This document shows, one piece after another, positions 20,493 through 32,800 of a stretch of DNA of 59,925 nucleotides. Position numbers and translations under genes: made by a program. The stretch is from Verrucomicrobiota bacterium (lineage in GTDB: Bacteria > Verrucomicrobiota > Verrucomicrobiia > Limisphaerales > UBA11358): assembly GCA_028873125.1 (NCBI GenBank), contig JAGWMQ010000005.1, positions 1 to 59,925 of the forward strand. Direction: 5' to 3'. The stretch's first letter is position 1. Each line of letters starts with the position of its first letter. The notes beneath the pieces were generated by a model that saw nothing but the letters and a program-made list of their open reading frames with translations, was not told where the DNA came from and made no database searches.

Positions 20493-21458
20493 ATGCGAAT
20501 TTTGTCAGGCATTCAGCCCAGCGGCGCGCTGCATCTCGGAAATTATTTCGGGATGATGCGGCCGGCGCTGGAGCTTCAGGAAACGGGCGAGGCGTTGTAC
20601 TTTATCGCCAATTACCATTCGATGACGTCGCTGTTCGACGCGAAGGAGCGGCGCAAAAACACGCTGGATGTCGCGCTGGATTTTCTCGCGTGCGGTTTGG
20701 ACCCGAAGCGGACGGTGTTCTTCCGCCAATCCGATGTGCCGGAAGTGACCGAATTGGCGTGGCTACTGACGACATTGACGCCGATGGCGATGCTGGAAAA
20801 CTGCCACAGCTACAAAGATAAATTGGCACGCGGGCTTGCGCCAAATCACGGAATCTTTGCCTACCCGGTGTTGATGGCGGCGGACATTTTGATTTACGAC
20901 TCGAATATTGTTCCCGTCGGCAAAGACCAGAAGCAACACGTCGAAGTCACGCGCGACATCGCCATCAAGTTTAACAACACTTACGGCGAGACGTTCGTGA
21001 TTCCCGAACCGCAAATTCGTGAGGAAGTCGCCGTGGTGCCCGGCACGGACGGCCAGAAGATGAGCAAGAGCTACGGCAACACGATTGAAATTTTCGCGGA
21101 GGAAAAGGCCATTCGCAAAAAGATCATGGGCATCGTGATGGACAGCCGCACGCCGCAGGAACCGAAGCCGGACGCCGAGAACAATTTGGCCGTACAATTG
21201 CTCAAGCTGGTCGCGCCGGAGGAAACCGCGAAGGATTTTGAAAACCGGCTTTGCGCCGGAGGGCTCGGCTACGGCGATTTGAAGAAGGCGCTCTTCGAAT
21301 ACTACTGGAATTACTTTGCCGCGGCACGGCAGAAGCGGGCGGAGCTGGCGGCAAACCTGGATTACGTGAATCAGGTCCTCGCTGCCGGTGCGGCCAAGGC
21401 GCGGGCGCTGGCCCAAAAGGTCTTGAAACGGGCGCGCCAGGCGAGCGGACTGGAATGA
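20493..21458 (+). CDS. trpS: Tryptophan--tRNA ligase
   Basis: SGIQPSG..HLGNY (HIGH), YPVLMAADIL, VPVGKDQ, KMSKS. Confidence 0.97.
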   Translation: MRILSGIQPSGALHLGNYFGMMRPALELQETGEALYFIANYHSMTSLFDAKERRKNTLDVALDFLACGLDPKRTVFFRQSDVPEVTELAWLLTTLTPMAMLENCHSYKDKLARGLAPNHGIFAYPVLMAADILIYDSNIVPVGKDQKQHVEVTRDIAIKFNNTYGETFVIPEPQIREEVAVVPGTDGQKMSKSYGNTIEIFAEEKAIRKKIMGIVMDSRTPQEPKPDAENNLAVQLLKLVAPEETAKDFENRLCAGGLGYGDLKKALFEYYWNYFAAARQKRAELAANLDYVNQVLAAGAAKARALAQKVLKRARQASGLE

Positions 21459-21475
21459 CCCCACCCGCGAACCCC

Positions 21476-21578
21476 GTAGCGCAGTCGTCCCGACTGCGGG
21501 TTGCCGCGGCGTCTCGCCGCCAGTCCCAACACCCTGCGAGACGCCGAGTGAACCCGCAGGCGATGACGCCTGCGCTAC
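21476..21578. repeat. GTAG-type REP doublet (REPIN-like palindrome)
   Basis: GTAGCGCAGTCGTCCCGACTGCGGGTT...AACCCGCAGGCGATGACGCCTGCGCTAC: two inverted GTAG + hairpin units with an inner GGCGTCTCGC/GCGAGACGCC stem, just after trpS. Confidence 0.75.
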
Positions 21579-22075
21579 CGACGACGTGGAGTTTATGGTC
21601 CCGATGCGCGATTCGAGAATCGTGGAAACTCCCCAAAAGTCTTGTCCTCTGATTCCGGCCAGGCTGCGCGACCGCGAATCTGGCGGGAGGCGCGCAACGC
21701 AATCCTGCGAACCGTGGCACACTGGCACAAATCAGACCACCGCTGACCACGGAACCGCCCTACAGGACGGCACGGTCACGGAAAAACTCATCCAGCCTTG
21801 AGGTTTTGCGCGGACGCTGGGTCTTTTTCTGGCACGCCAATTGCGGCAGCGGATGGAGTGGTTGGGAAAATCCATCTGCCAAGTTTGCCTCAGGACGGCT
21901 GCGGGGACGCCCCGCTGCCACACCGTCCCTCCGCGGAAACGTCGTCTCGCTGGCTGCTCCAATCGCGGTCCCGGGCGTTGAAGATTACCGCGCCCCGGCA
22001 GCCGTTGCGGTTGGTGGTGGTCGAAGAAGAAGGGGGCGCCGATATTCCCTGCCCGGTCAAAATTACCCACGTTGG

Positions 22076-22693
22076 CTAGAATTGAGGCAGGTCGCCGGTG
22101 GCGGGCCTTTGAATGGCGTTCGGACCGACGAACTTGATCCTCTGAAATCCCGCCTGTTGAAGGAACAACGCCAGTTCCAATTGCGCCCGCCCGGCGGCGT
22201 CGCTCAAAATGCCGTCTCCCCGCGCCGCGCGACGGATGTCGTCCACGGCCTGGGCGCGCGCGGTTTGTTCGAGATTCTTGTCGGGCAGACGCAGCAGGCC
22301 GGTGGAATTGTCAATCACCCGCGTCTCATTCTCATCAAGATAGGCGTCGGTGATTTCAGCCCGCGGCAGGCGGATGAAGATGCTTTTGCCGGAAACCGTC
22401 ACGTCGCCGGGTTTCAGCCGCTCGAGGTCCACTCCGGCCTTGACGACGCCGTGCGCCAGCAGCAGCACGCGGTTTTCGCCATACCACTTGACGTCCTCGA
22501 GCACCACGACCTTTTCCACGACATATTTCACGGTCACCAACTGCGAGAGGGTCTGAATCTGTTCGATGACCGTGGCGGTGTTGGCCTCGCGCAACTCCGA
22601 TTTGGACCCGCCCCAGCGCGTCAGCCGGAATCCGGCCCACAGGCCGGCGGCGAAGACGACTGCCACCGTCACGATGAAAAGCAACCGGCGCAT
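22076..22693 (-). CDS. DUF4230 domain protein
   Basis: N-terminal TM; QLVTVKY, LLLAHGVVKAGVDL, IRLPRAEI, GILSDA pattern. Confidence 0.8.
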   Translation of the reverse strand: MRRLLFIVTVAVVFAAGLWAGFRLTRWGGSKSELREANTATVIEQIQTLSQLVTVKYVVEKVVVLEDVKWYGENRVLLLAHGVVKAGVDLERLKPGDVTVSGKSIFIRLPRAEITDAYLDENETRVIDNSTGLLRLPDKNLEQTARAQAVDDIRRAARGDGILSDAAGRAQLELALFLQQAGFQRIKFVGPNAIQRPATGDLPQF

Positions 22694-22771
22694 GGCGGGA
22701 GTGTAGCCACTTTGGGCGGCAAGCAAAGCCCGGTCTTGTCGCGCGCCAAGGGGCCTGTTATGTTCGGGCGA

Positions 22772-23686
22772 ATGTCCAACGCGGCTGCCGCAGCCCCGAC
22801 GCCATCGAAGGCCAAGGCTTTTCTCCGCCGGCTGATCACCTCGGTGATCCTCTGGACGGTGGTTCTGGCCGCCCTGTTTTCCGGCAACGCGCTCCTTTCC
22901 AACGGTGTGTTCCTGCTCATCATCCTGTTGCTGGCCCTGGCCGGGCTGGGGGAATTTTACGGTCTGGCCCAAAAAAGCGGCCTGGCCTGCTTCAAATACT
23001 GCGGCCTGCTGGGCGGCGCGCTCCTCATCGCCGGAACGTTTTTGAATCTCACCGGGCACCTCGGTCTGCACAATTCGCCGGCGCGCGTGAACGATTTCGA
23101 AACGAGCTTTCTCATCCTGTTCGTGCTGGGCCTGTGTGTCCGGCTGTTCGTGTCCAAGACCAATTTCGCGGGCATCACCATGCTGGCCGTGACACTTCTG
23201 GGCCTGATGTATGTGCCCTGGCTGCTGAACTTCATCCAAAAGATCAATTTTTTCCAGGGCGTTGAAGGCAAATTGTTCCTGCTTTACTTCGTGGTGGTCA
23301 CCAAATTCAGCGACACCGGCGCTTACGCCGTCGGCTCGCTTCTTGGCCGGCACAAGATGGCCCCGCGCATCAGCCCCAACAAGACCTGGGAAGGCTTTGC
23401 CGGCGCCCTGGCCTTTTCCACGGCCGCGAGCCTCGGCTTCGCGCATTTTGTGGGCGGCCGCATGGCCGGCATGAACCCGCTGCACGCGACGGTGCTCGGC
23501 GTCCTGCTGGGCTCAACCGCCGTCATCGGCGATTTGATCGAGTCGCTCTTCAAGCGCGAGGCGGGGGTGAAGGATTCCGGCGGGTATTTTCCGGGCATCG
23601 GCGGCATTCTGGATTTGCTCGACAGCCTGCTGTTCAACGCGCCGATCATGTACTTGTATCTGCGGCACATTTTGACCACCCCATGA
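22772..23686 (+). CDS. cdsA: Phosphatidate cytidylyltransferase
   Basis: SDTGAY..G...G.HKMAPRISPNKTWEG and GDLIESLFKREAGVKDSG...PG.GG.LD; conserved position before dxr. Confidence 0.93.
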   Translation: MSNAAAAAPTPSKAKAFLRRLITSVILWTVVLAALFSGNALLSNGVFLLIILLLALAGLGEFYGLAQKSGLACFKYCGLLGGALLIAGTFLNLTGHLGLHNSPARVNDFETSFLILFVLGLCVRLFVSKTNFAGITMLAVTLLGLMYVPWLLNFIQKINFFQGVEGKLFLLYFVVVTKFSDTGAYAVGSLLGRHKMAPRISPNKTWEGFAGALAFSTAASLGFAHFVGGRMAGMNPLHATVLGVLLGSTAVIGDLIESLFKREAGVKDSGGYFPGIGGILDLLDSLLFNAPIMYLYLRHILTTP

Positions 23687-24840
23687 AGAACGTCGTTTTG
23701 CTCGGCTCGACCGGCTCCATCGGCGTCAGCACCGTCAAGGTGGCTGACGATTTGCCCGACCGCATCCGTCTGATCGGTCTGGCGGCGGGCAACAACGCCG
23801 GGCTGCTGCTGGAACAAAGCCGGCGCCACCGGCCGGAGGCCATCTCCATCGCCGAGCCGGCCAGGGCCGCAGAACTGCAAAACGCCTTCGGCACCGCCCC
23901 GCGGGTTTATTCAGGCGCCGAAGGTTTGCTCCGCCTCGCCACGTTGCCGGCGGCGGACATCGTGCTCATCGCCATCGTCGGCACCGCCGGATTGCAGCCC
24001 GCCCTGGCCGCGATCCGCGCCGGAAAGGACGTCGCCGTGGCCTCCAAGGAAATCCTCGTCATGGCCGGGGAAATCGTCATGCGCGAGGCGCACAAATACG
24101 GCGTGCGCGTCCTGGCGGTGGACAGCGAGCACTCGGCCATATTCCAATGTCTGGACGGCCGGCCGTCCGGCTCGGTGCGCAAACTCTGGCTGACGGCCTC
24201 CGGCGGTCCCTTCCGCGACAAGGCTCTCTGGCCCCGGGAAAAATTTTCGGAAATCACCGTCGAGCGCGCGCTCCAGCATCCCTCCTGGACGATGGGACGG
24301 AAAATCACCATTGACTCCGCGACGCTGTTCAACAAGGGGCTGGAGATGATCGAGGCGCGCTGGCTCTTCGACATCGAGATGGCGCGCGTCGGCGTGCTGG
24401 TCCACCCGCAGAGCGTGGTGCATTCCCTGGTGGAATTCGTGGACGGCTCGTGGCTGGCGCAGCTTTCCACGCCGGACATGTGCCTGCCCATCCAATACGC
24501 GCTGACCTACCCCGAACGCGCGCCCAGCGGTCGGGTGCGGACGGATTTTGCCGAACTCGGCCGGTTGACCTTTGAGGAGCCGGATTGGGAACGCTTTCCG
24601 GCCATCGGATTGGCGCGCCGCGCCGGCGAGATCGGCGGCACCCTGCCGGCGGTCTTGAACGCGGCAAACGAGGTGGCGGTCGAAGCCTTCGTGAATCGGC
24701 AAATCAACTTCCCGCAAATCGCGGAAACCGTCCAACGCACGATGGAGGCGCACCAAAGCATTTCGCATCCCACCCTGGAGCAGATCCTGGAGGCGGACGC
24801 CTGGGCGCGGCGGGAGGCGTCGAATCCATGGCGGCGTTGA
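23683..24840 (+). CDS. dxr: 1-deoxy-D-xylulose-5-phosphate reductoisomerase
   Basis: LLGSTGSIG, VDSEHSAIFQ, LTASGGPFR, HPSWTMGRKITIDSATLFNKGLE. Confidence 0.97.
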   Translation: MKNVVLLGSTGSIGVSTVKVADDLPDRIRLIGLAAGNNAGLLLEQSRRHRPEAISIAEPARAAELQNAFGTAPRVYSGAEGLLRLATLPAADIVLIAIVGTAGLQPALAAIRAGKDVAVASKEILVMAGEIVMREAHKYGVRVLAVDSEHSAIFQCLDGRPSGSVRKLWLTASGGPFRDKALWPREKFSEITVERALQHPSWTMGRKITIDSATLFNKGLEMIEARWLFDIEMARVGVLVHPQSVVHSLVEFVDGSWLAQLSTPDMCLPIQYALTYPERAPSGRVRTDFAELGRLTFEEPDWERFPAIGLARRAGEIGGTLPAVLNAANEVAVEAFVNRQINFPQIAETVQRTMEAHQSISHPTLEQILEADAWARREASNPWRR

Positions 24841-24937
24841 CGCGCAACCCACCGGGCCGTTTCATCGCTCCGATGCTTTAACACTTTGAGGATTCCGCCT
24901 TCCTGGTATATTCAACCCGCCCACAAAGGCTGATTGC

Positions 24938-26344
24938 ATGGTTATCTTGCATTACATTCTCATCACGCTCGAAGTGGTGCTGATCTTCAACCTGATCATC
25001 GGCGCCCATGAGCTGGGCCATTTCCTGGCGGCCAAATGGCGCGGGCTGAAAATCGAGCGTTTCGCCATCTGGTTCGGCAAGCCGGTCTGGAAAAAGAAGA
25101 TCGGCGGCGTGGAGTACGCCCTCGGGTCGCTGCCCTTCGGCGGCTACGTGGCGCTGCCGCAGATGGCGACCATGGAAGCCATCGAAGGCAAAAGCGAAAC
25201 CGCCGCCGAACCGCTGCCCAACGTTTCGGCGCTGGACAAGATCATTGTCGCCTTTGCCGGGCCGCTGTTCAGTTTTCTGCTCGCGCTCGCCTTCGCCGGG
25301 GTCGTAATGATCGTCGGCCGCCCGGTGAGCGAAGCGGACACGACGACCACGATTGGCTACGTCATCAAGGGCGGCCCCGCGGACCAGGCCGGTTTGAAGG
25401 CCGGTGACAAAATTCTTTCGATTGACGGCAAGCCGGTGACGAAATTCGGCGGCATGGGCGACAGCGTCGTCTGGCGGATCGTCAGCAGCGAGCATCCGGA
25501 GATTGACGTCCAGGTGGATCGCGCGGGGAAGACCCTGGATTTTTTTGTCACCCCCACCAACGAACCGACGAAATTCTGGCAGCGCAAGAGCCTGCGGGAA
25601 ATCGAAATCCTTCCCGCGCAAAGCGCCATCATCGGCAAGGTTTATGCCGGCAGCCCCGCTGCCCGCGCGGGGTTGCGGCCCGGCGACGAAGTGACGGCGG
25701 TGGACGGACGGACGGTTTTCCACTACGCCGCCGTGGGCGACTTTGTGGAAAGTCACACCAACCAGAACGTCGCATTGCAGGTCGTCCGCGATGGCCGGCC
25801 GCTCGCCTTTTCGCTCCGTCCGCAAAAGCCGTTGAGTCCGACCAACGCCCCGCCCTTGCTGGGGATCGTCTGGGACGCGACGGGCAAGATTACCATGTCT
25901 CATCCGGGCGCGTTCGAGCAGGTGGACTCGAGCGTGCAAGCGGTGGCGGAAACCGTGGGCGCGGTGTTGTCTCCCAAATCCCACATCCAGGCGCAGCAAC
26001 TGGGCGGGGCGGTGATGATTTTGAGTTTGTATTACCGCCTCTTCAGCGCGCCGCACGGCTGGCAACTGGCCCTCTGGTTCAGCGTGGTGCTCAACGTGAA
26101 CCTCGCGCTGCTGAACCTGCTGCCCATCCCCGTGCTCGACGGCGGCCACATCCTCCTGGCCATCATCGAGGCCATCCGGCGCAAGCCGGCCAGCGTGCGC
26201 GTCCTCAACGCCATTCAAAATGTCTGCGCCGCTCTGGTCATCGGCTTCATGCTGTACATCGCCTTCTTCGATGTCGGCAGCCTGATTCACAATGCCCAGG
26301 GCGGCCACCTGGAGAAGGTGGTCTTTGCGCCGGAGGAAAAATAA
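24938..26344 (+). CDS. rseP: RIP metalloprotease RseP with two PDZ domains
   Basis: HELGH, LPFGGYV, AGP and NLLPIPVLDGGH motifs. Confidence 0.95.
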   Translation: MVILHYILITLEVVLIFNLIIGAHELGHFLAAKWRGLKIERFAIWFGKPVWKKKIGGVEYALGSLPFGGYVALPQMATMEAIEGKSETAAEPLPNVSALDKIIVAFAGPLFSFLLALAFAGVVMIVGRPVSEADTTTTIGYVIKGGPADQAGLKAGDKILSIDGKPVTKFGGMGDSVVWRIVSSEHPEIDVQVDRAGKTLDFFVTPTNEPTKFWQRKSLREIEILPAQSAIIGKVYAGSPAARAGLRPGDEVTAVDGRTVFHYAAVGDFVESHTNQNVALQVVRDGRPLAFSLRPQKPLSPTNAPPLLGIVWDATGKITMSHPGAFEQVDSSVQAVAETVGAVLSPKSHIQAQQLGGAVMILSLYYRLFSAPHGWQLALWFSVVLNVNLALLNLLPIPVLDGGHILLAIIEAIRRKPASVRVLNAIQNVCAALVIGFMLYIAFFDVGSLIHNAQGGHLEKVVFAPEEK

Positions 26345-26380
26345 ACCGGACTTGAAATTCCCGCCCAAAAACGGGAAGCT

Positions 26381-28300
26381 GTGAGCGTGCGCTACTGCGA
26401 ATCTTCATTTCTTTACCGGCGCCGCCCGACCCGCGAGGTTGTCATCGGCGACCCGGACCACGGTGGCCTGATCATCGGCGGCGATCACCCGGTCGTGATG
26501 CAGTCCATGCTCACGTGCGACACCATGGACACCGCCGAATGCGTCCGCCAGACGCTCGAACTGGTCGCCGTGGGCTGTCAACTCGTCCGCATCACCGCAC
26601 CCACGGTCAATGACGCCGCAAACCTGAAGAACATCGTCGCCGAACTGCGCGCGCGCCGCTGTCGCGTGCCGCTCGTCGCCGACATCCATTTCAAACCCGA
26701 GGCCGCGATGGAGGCCGTCAAGTGGGTGGAGGTCGTGCGCGTGAACCCCGGCAATTACGCCGACAAGAAGAAATTCGCCGTCAAGGATTACACGGACGCG
26801 GAATACGCCGCGGAGTTGAAGCGCATCGAAGAGGCCTTCGCGCCGCTGGTCCTGGAATGCCTCCGGCGGAAACGCGCCCTCCGCATCGGCACCAACCATG
26901 GTTCCCTCTCCGACCGCATCATGAACCGCTACGGCGACACACCGCTGGGCATGGTCGAGAGCGCGCTGGAATTCGCCCGCATCTGCCGCCGGCACGAGTT
27001 CCACAACTTCAAGTTTTCCATGAAGTCGTCCAATCCCAAGGTGATGATCGAGTGCTATCGCCTGCTGGTCGCGCGCCTCGAACAGGAGGGACCGGATTGG
27101 AATTACCCGATTCACCTGGGCGTGACGGAGGCCGGCGAGGGCGAAGACGGACGGATCAAGAGCGCCATCGGCATCGGCTCTTTGCTCTGCGACGGCCTGG
27201 GCAACACAATCCGGGTATCGCTCACGGAGGATTCGCCGCGCGAAATTGAAGTCTGCCGCGATTTGCTGGCGCAGATTCCGTCTTTGACCGTTGAAGCTTT
27301 GGAGCGGGAAGATGCTTCAACGCTTCAGCGCTTCGACGGGCCGTTTCCTTTCGACCCGTTCCATTACGAACGCCGTCCCACACCCGAAATCGAACTGGCC
27401 GGAGGCGCAAAATGCGGCGGCGAACAAACCGTGCGCGTCGTCGTCACCCGCGCGACCTGGGACAAGGTCGCGCCGAAAATCCGGCCCAAGGACGACGTGA
27501 AACCGGAAGCGGTTTACGAGGACTTCAGCGTCGCCGAAATTGATCCGACGCAGGATTTTCAAGTCAATTGCGAGACGCAACTGGTGACGGTGAAGGACGG
27601 CGTGAAACTCCCGGCGATCGCCGCGTTCCGACTCCTTGCGTCGAAATTGAAGAGACTTGGGCGCAACAATCCAATTCTACTCAAAGATTGCATCAATTTT
27701 AGTGACGCGCCCCTCACCCAGCCCCTCTCCCCATCGGATGGGGAGAGGGTGGCGAAACCGGGTGAGGGGAATTCTTGGCCGCTCGAACCGAAAATCGCCC
27801 TGCTCCGCGCCTCCGCCGTCATCGGCTCGCTCCTGGCCGACGGCATCGGCGACGCCATTTTGATCCGCGGCGAGCCGGGCGCGGGGCAGTCGTTGCGCTT
27901 GGCCTACAACATTTTGCAAGCCGCCGGTTGCCGGAGTTTCAAGACCGATTATGTCGCCTGCCCGAGTTGCGGGCGGACTCTGTTCAACTTGCAGACCGTG
28001 ACCGCGCGCGTCAAGGCGCGCACCCAGCATCTCAAGGGCGTGAAAATCGCCGTCATGGGCTGCATCGTCAACGGCCCCGGTGAAATGGCCGACGCCGACT
28101 TTGGTTACGTCGGCGGCGCGCCCGGCAAGATCAACCTTTACGTCGGCAAGACCCCGATCAAATTCAACATCCCCGAAGCCGAGGCGGTGGACCGCCTTGT
28201 GGACTTGATCCGCGAACACGGCAAATGGGTGGAACCGGAGCCGGTTGCGAACCGCCAGGAAGAACGTGCGGAAACCTCGGCCTGTTCCGCAAGCACCTGA
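26381..28300 (+). CDS. ispG: (E)-4-hydroxy-3-methylbut-2-enyl-diphosphate synthase, long form
   Basis: QSM, PLVADIHF, RVNPGN, RIGTNHGSLS, HLGVTEAG, CPSCGRT, VMGCIVNGPGE. Confidence 0.96.
   Translation: MSVRYCESSFLYRRRPTREVVIGDPDHGGLIIGGDHPVVMQSMLTCDTMDTAECVRQTLELVAVGCQLVRITAPTVNDAANLKNIVAELRARRCRVPLVADIHFKPEAAMEAVKWVEVVRVNPGNYADKKKFAVKDYTDAEYAAELKRIEEAFAPLVLECLRRKRALRIGTNHGSLSDRIMNRYGDTPLGMVESALEFARICRRHEFHNFKFSMKSSNPKVMIECYRLLVARLEQEGPDWNYPIHLGVTEAGEGEDGRIKSAIGIGSLLCDGLGNTIRVSLTEDSPREIEVCRDLLAQIPSLTVEALEREDASTLQRFDGPFPFDPFHYERRPTPEIELAGGAKCGGEQTVRVVVTRATWDKVAPKIRPKDDVKPEAVYEDFSVAEIDPTQDFQVNCETQLVTVKDGVKLPAIAAFRLLASKLKRLGRNNPILLKDCINFSDAPLTQPLSPSDGERVAKPGEGNSWPLEPKIALLRASAVIGSLLADGIGDAILIRGEPGAGQSLRLAYNILQAAGCRSFKTDYVACPSCGRTLFNLQTVTARVKARTQHLKGVKIAVMGCIVNGPGEMADADFGYVGGAPGKINLYVGKTPIKFNIPEAEAVDRLVDLIREHGKWVEPEPVANRQEERAETSACSAST
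27710..27769. repeat. 60-bp nested palindromic REP-like element in frame inside ispG
   Basis: CCCCTCACCC..CCCTCTCCCCAT-CGG-ATGGGGAGAGGG..GGGTGAGGGG; exactly 20 codons. Confidence 0.8.
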
Positions 28301-28378
28301 AAAGGCCAGGCCTTGCAAACTGCGACGGATTCCGAGGTGCGGCTCACCTTGCGCGGCCGTCTGAATGAAATTCTCTCA

Positions 28379-29758
<1,380 letters not shown>

Positions 29759-29885
29759 AAGCGAAGCCTGGGACGCATCAACGAACTCCGCTTTCCTCGC
29801 GCCCCGGTAATCCGCGCGGCATTGGGGCGTGACACCAAGCGGACGCCTTGTTCACCCTGCCCCTGCTGAAACTCAAGGGGCCCTG

Positions 29886-32800
29886 CTACGGATTCAGCAG
29901 GCCCACGCGATAGAAACGCATCGTGTTCGTGCCGACGGTGGCGTCCATTTCAGAGGTGATGAAATTGGTCGCGGAGAGGTTGCCGCCGATGTTCGTCCAG
30001 GTCGAATCCGTCAACTTGTTTTTGAATTGCAACTGGTAGTTTTTTCCAGGCGCGGAACGCCAGAAGACGGCGGCGCTGCCGGCCGATTTCTGCACCGTCA
30101 TCATCACCGGACCGGAGATGACCTCGATCGAGACGGTTTGCGCGGCGCTCAGGCTTGGCGCGCCGTTGTCCGTCACACGCACGATGACGTTGGTCGCAAG
30201 GGAGAATCCGGTCACCGGCGGCGTCCAACTAAACACGCCGCTGGAGGCGCCGATCGCGGCGCCGGCCGGCCCGCCGGGATCCAAGCTGAACGTCAGGGCG
30301 TCGCCGTCGGAATCGGAGGCCGCGGCGGTGAACGTCAGCGTGTTTCCCTCGCCGACGATTTGCTTCGCGATGGGATTGAGCACCGGGGCGCTGTTGATCA
30401 CCATGGTTTCGCCCGAGTTGAACGGATTTACTTGAAAAACGTTGGTGCCGACCGCGCCGTTGTAGGTGCCCAGGACCAGCGCATACACGCCGTTCAACGG
30501 CAGCGTCACCTCCAGATCACCGGTCAAGCTGCCCGAGCCTCCCGACACCGTGTTGTTGTTCGGATCGGACAACGTCCAACTCCCGCTGGGATTCCCCGGC
30601 AGCGCGTGGAAATACAACTGCTGCCCGGCCACACCCGAATACTGGTAAACCACCGACTGATAGGCCGCCAGCGCGTTGGTCGCCGCCGCATTCACCGGCA
30701 GCACCGGCTGGTTCGTCACCACCAGCAAGTCAAACGCAAAGGTCCCCGTGCTGGCGCCATTGCCGTTGAATATCAGGGTGTAGGTCCCCGATTCCGACAG
30801 GGTGAACGGCCCCCGGTCATACGAAAACCGGCCCGATATCGCCGAGTCCACCGCCCCTTGGGGATTCAGCAATTCCACCGAGATGATGTTGGGATACGGC
30901 GGATCGGCAGCCAGCGCGTCGTAGTAAAGTCGTTGCCCGGCCACGCCGTTGAACGTGTAAACCTTCTGCTCGCCCGGCTCGCTGATGGTGTTGGTCACCG
31001 CCGTGCCCAGCGCATAGCTGTTGGTGATATAGGCATAATCATTGACCTTGAACACGTTGGTGCCGGCGACGCCGTTGTAGGTGCCCAGGACCAGCGCATA
31101 CACCCCGTCCACCGGCAACGTCACTTCCAAGTCCCCCGTCAAACTCGCCGAGCCTCCCGACACGATGTTGTTGTTCGGATCAGACAACATCCAACTCCCG
31201 CTGGGATTCCCCGGCAATGCGTGGAAATACAATTGCTGCCCGGCCACACCCGGATACTGGTAAACCACCGACTGATAGGCCGCCAGCGCGTTGGTCGCCG
31301 CCGCATTGACCGGCAACGGCGGCTGACTGGACAGGTCCAAAAGCTGGAAGTTGTAGCTGCTGGCCGGGCTCTTTTTCCCCTTCAACAGGAGATAATAAGT
31401 CTCCGAATGCGCGAGGGTGAGCGGTCCCGAATCGTTTTGAAAATCCCCGGATTGCCAGACCGTCACGCCCAGGGCATTTTCGAGCTGCACCGCCACCGAG
31501 GGATAGTCGGAGTCGTTGGTCAGCGCGTCATAAAAGAGCCGTTGCCCGACCGCGCCGCTGAACTGGTAAACCTGGGTCTGGTAAGGAGCCGCCAGGGTAT
31601 TGCTCACCGCCGCGTTCAACGGCAAGACCGGGCTTGTGGTCAGGTCCAGCAGCCGGAAATCGTAGTTGCCGCTGGCCGTGCCGTTATACCCGCGCACATC
31701 CAGCGTGTAGGTTCCCGAACGCGGCAGGATGTAGGGGCCGGCATCGGCGGTTTCATTCACGGTGAAAACCGTGTTCCCGTATGGATCAATCAAGTCCACG
31801 TCCAAAGATTGGCCGCTGATGTCGAGGCTGTCAAAATACACCGGCAATCCCGCGGGCGCGGTGAGGGTGAAACTGTTGGTCTGGCCCGAGGCGATGTTGC
31901 CGGAGTGCTCGACGCCGAAGCCATTGGTGGCCCCCGGCGGCGCGTCGCTGACATCCGTGATGCTGACTTGGAAACTCACCGGTGAACCGCCGAAGGCATT
32001 CCCCGCCACCACCAATCCGTAGGCGCCAGTGGCGGGCAGAGTCACCGTGCCGATATTGTTGTTGATGTTGGCTGAACCGAGGATTTGATCATCCAAACCG
32101 ACCAACTCCCAATTCGCCTGGGACGCGGAAGAACTCACATGCTGCAAAGCCAATCGTTGACCGGCTGTGCCGTTGAAATGATAAAGCCTTGCCTGGGTCT
32201 GATCGCTCAACGTGTCGCCGAGGGTTCCAGTGGTGATCACGGGCGCAGTGGCCAAATCCAGGAGATTGAAAGCCATCGTGCCGGTGGTGTCGCCGCTGCC
32301 GTCGAAGACCAGAGTGTAGGCGCCGTTTTGTGTCAAGGTCATCGGCCCCGCATCGCTGGCACTGTTGACGGTGAAGACCTGTTGGCCCGTCGGCGAGAAC
32401 AGCGTCGCCTGAATGCTGTTGTAGTTGGTCTGGCGCGAATCAAAATACAACCGCTGCCCGGCGCTGCCGGCGAACGTGTAATAGACCTGGTCGCCCGGAT
32501 GGACGATGACGGCGTTGGTCGGCGCCCCCAGTGTCAGCGCGTTGGTCGTGTAGCTGAACGTGTTGACCTGGTTGGTGTAGGTCACCGCGTTGCCACCGCC
32601 GCTCAACACCAGCACGTATTGACCCGCCTGACCCAGCGTCACTTCAAAGTCCCCGCCCAGCGCCGCGCCGGCAACCTGCGCATCGTCCGGCCGATACAAC
32701 GTCCAATACGCGCCGCCAACGTTGACCCCCTTGGCGTTGAAATACAGTTGCTCTCCCGCCGTCCCGGCCAGTTGATAAATCACGACAGCGTTTGTGGCCA

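Noticed and set aside
21732-22079. Short ORFs on both strands between the REP and the DUF4230 gene
   Set aside because: No recognisable motif, RBS or consistent codon pattern; left unannotated.
21806-22771. Long N-terminal extension of cdsA in the ORF track (likewise for GH27, GNAT, rsmI and the aminotransferase)
   Set aside because: The extensions overlap other genes or intergenic DNA; homology starts at downstream ATGs.
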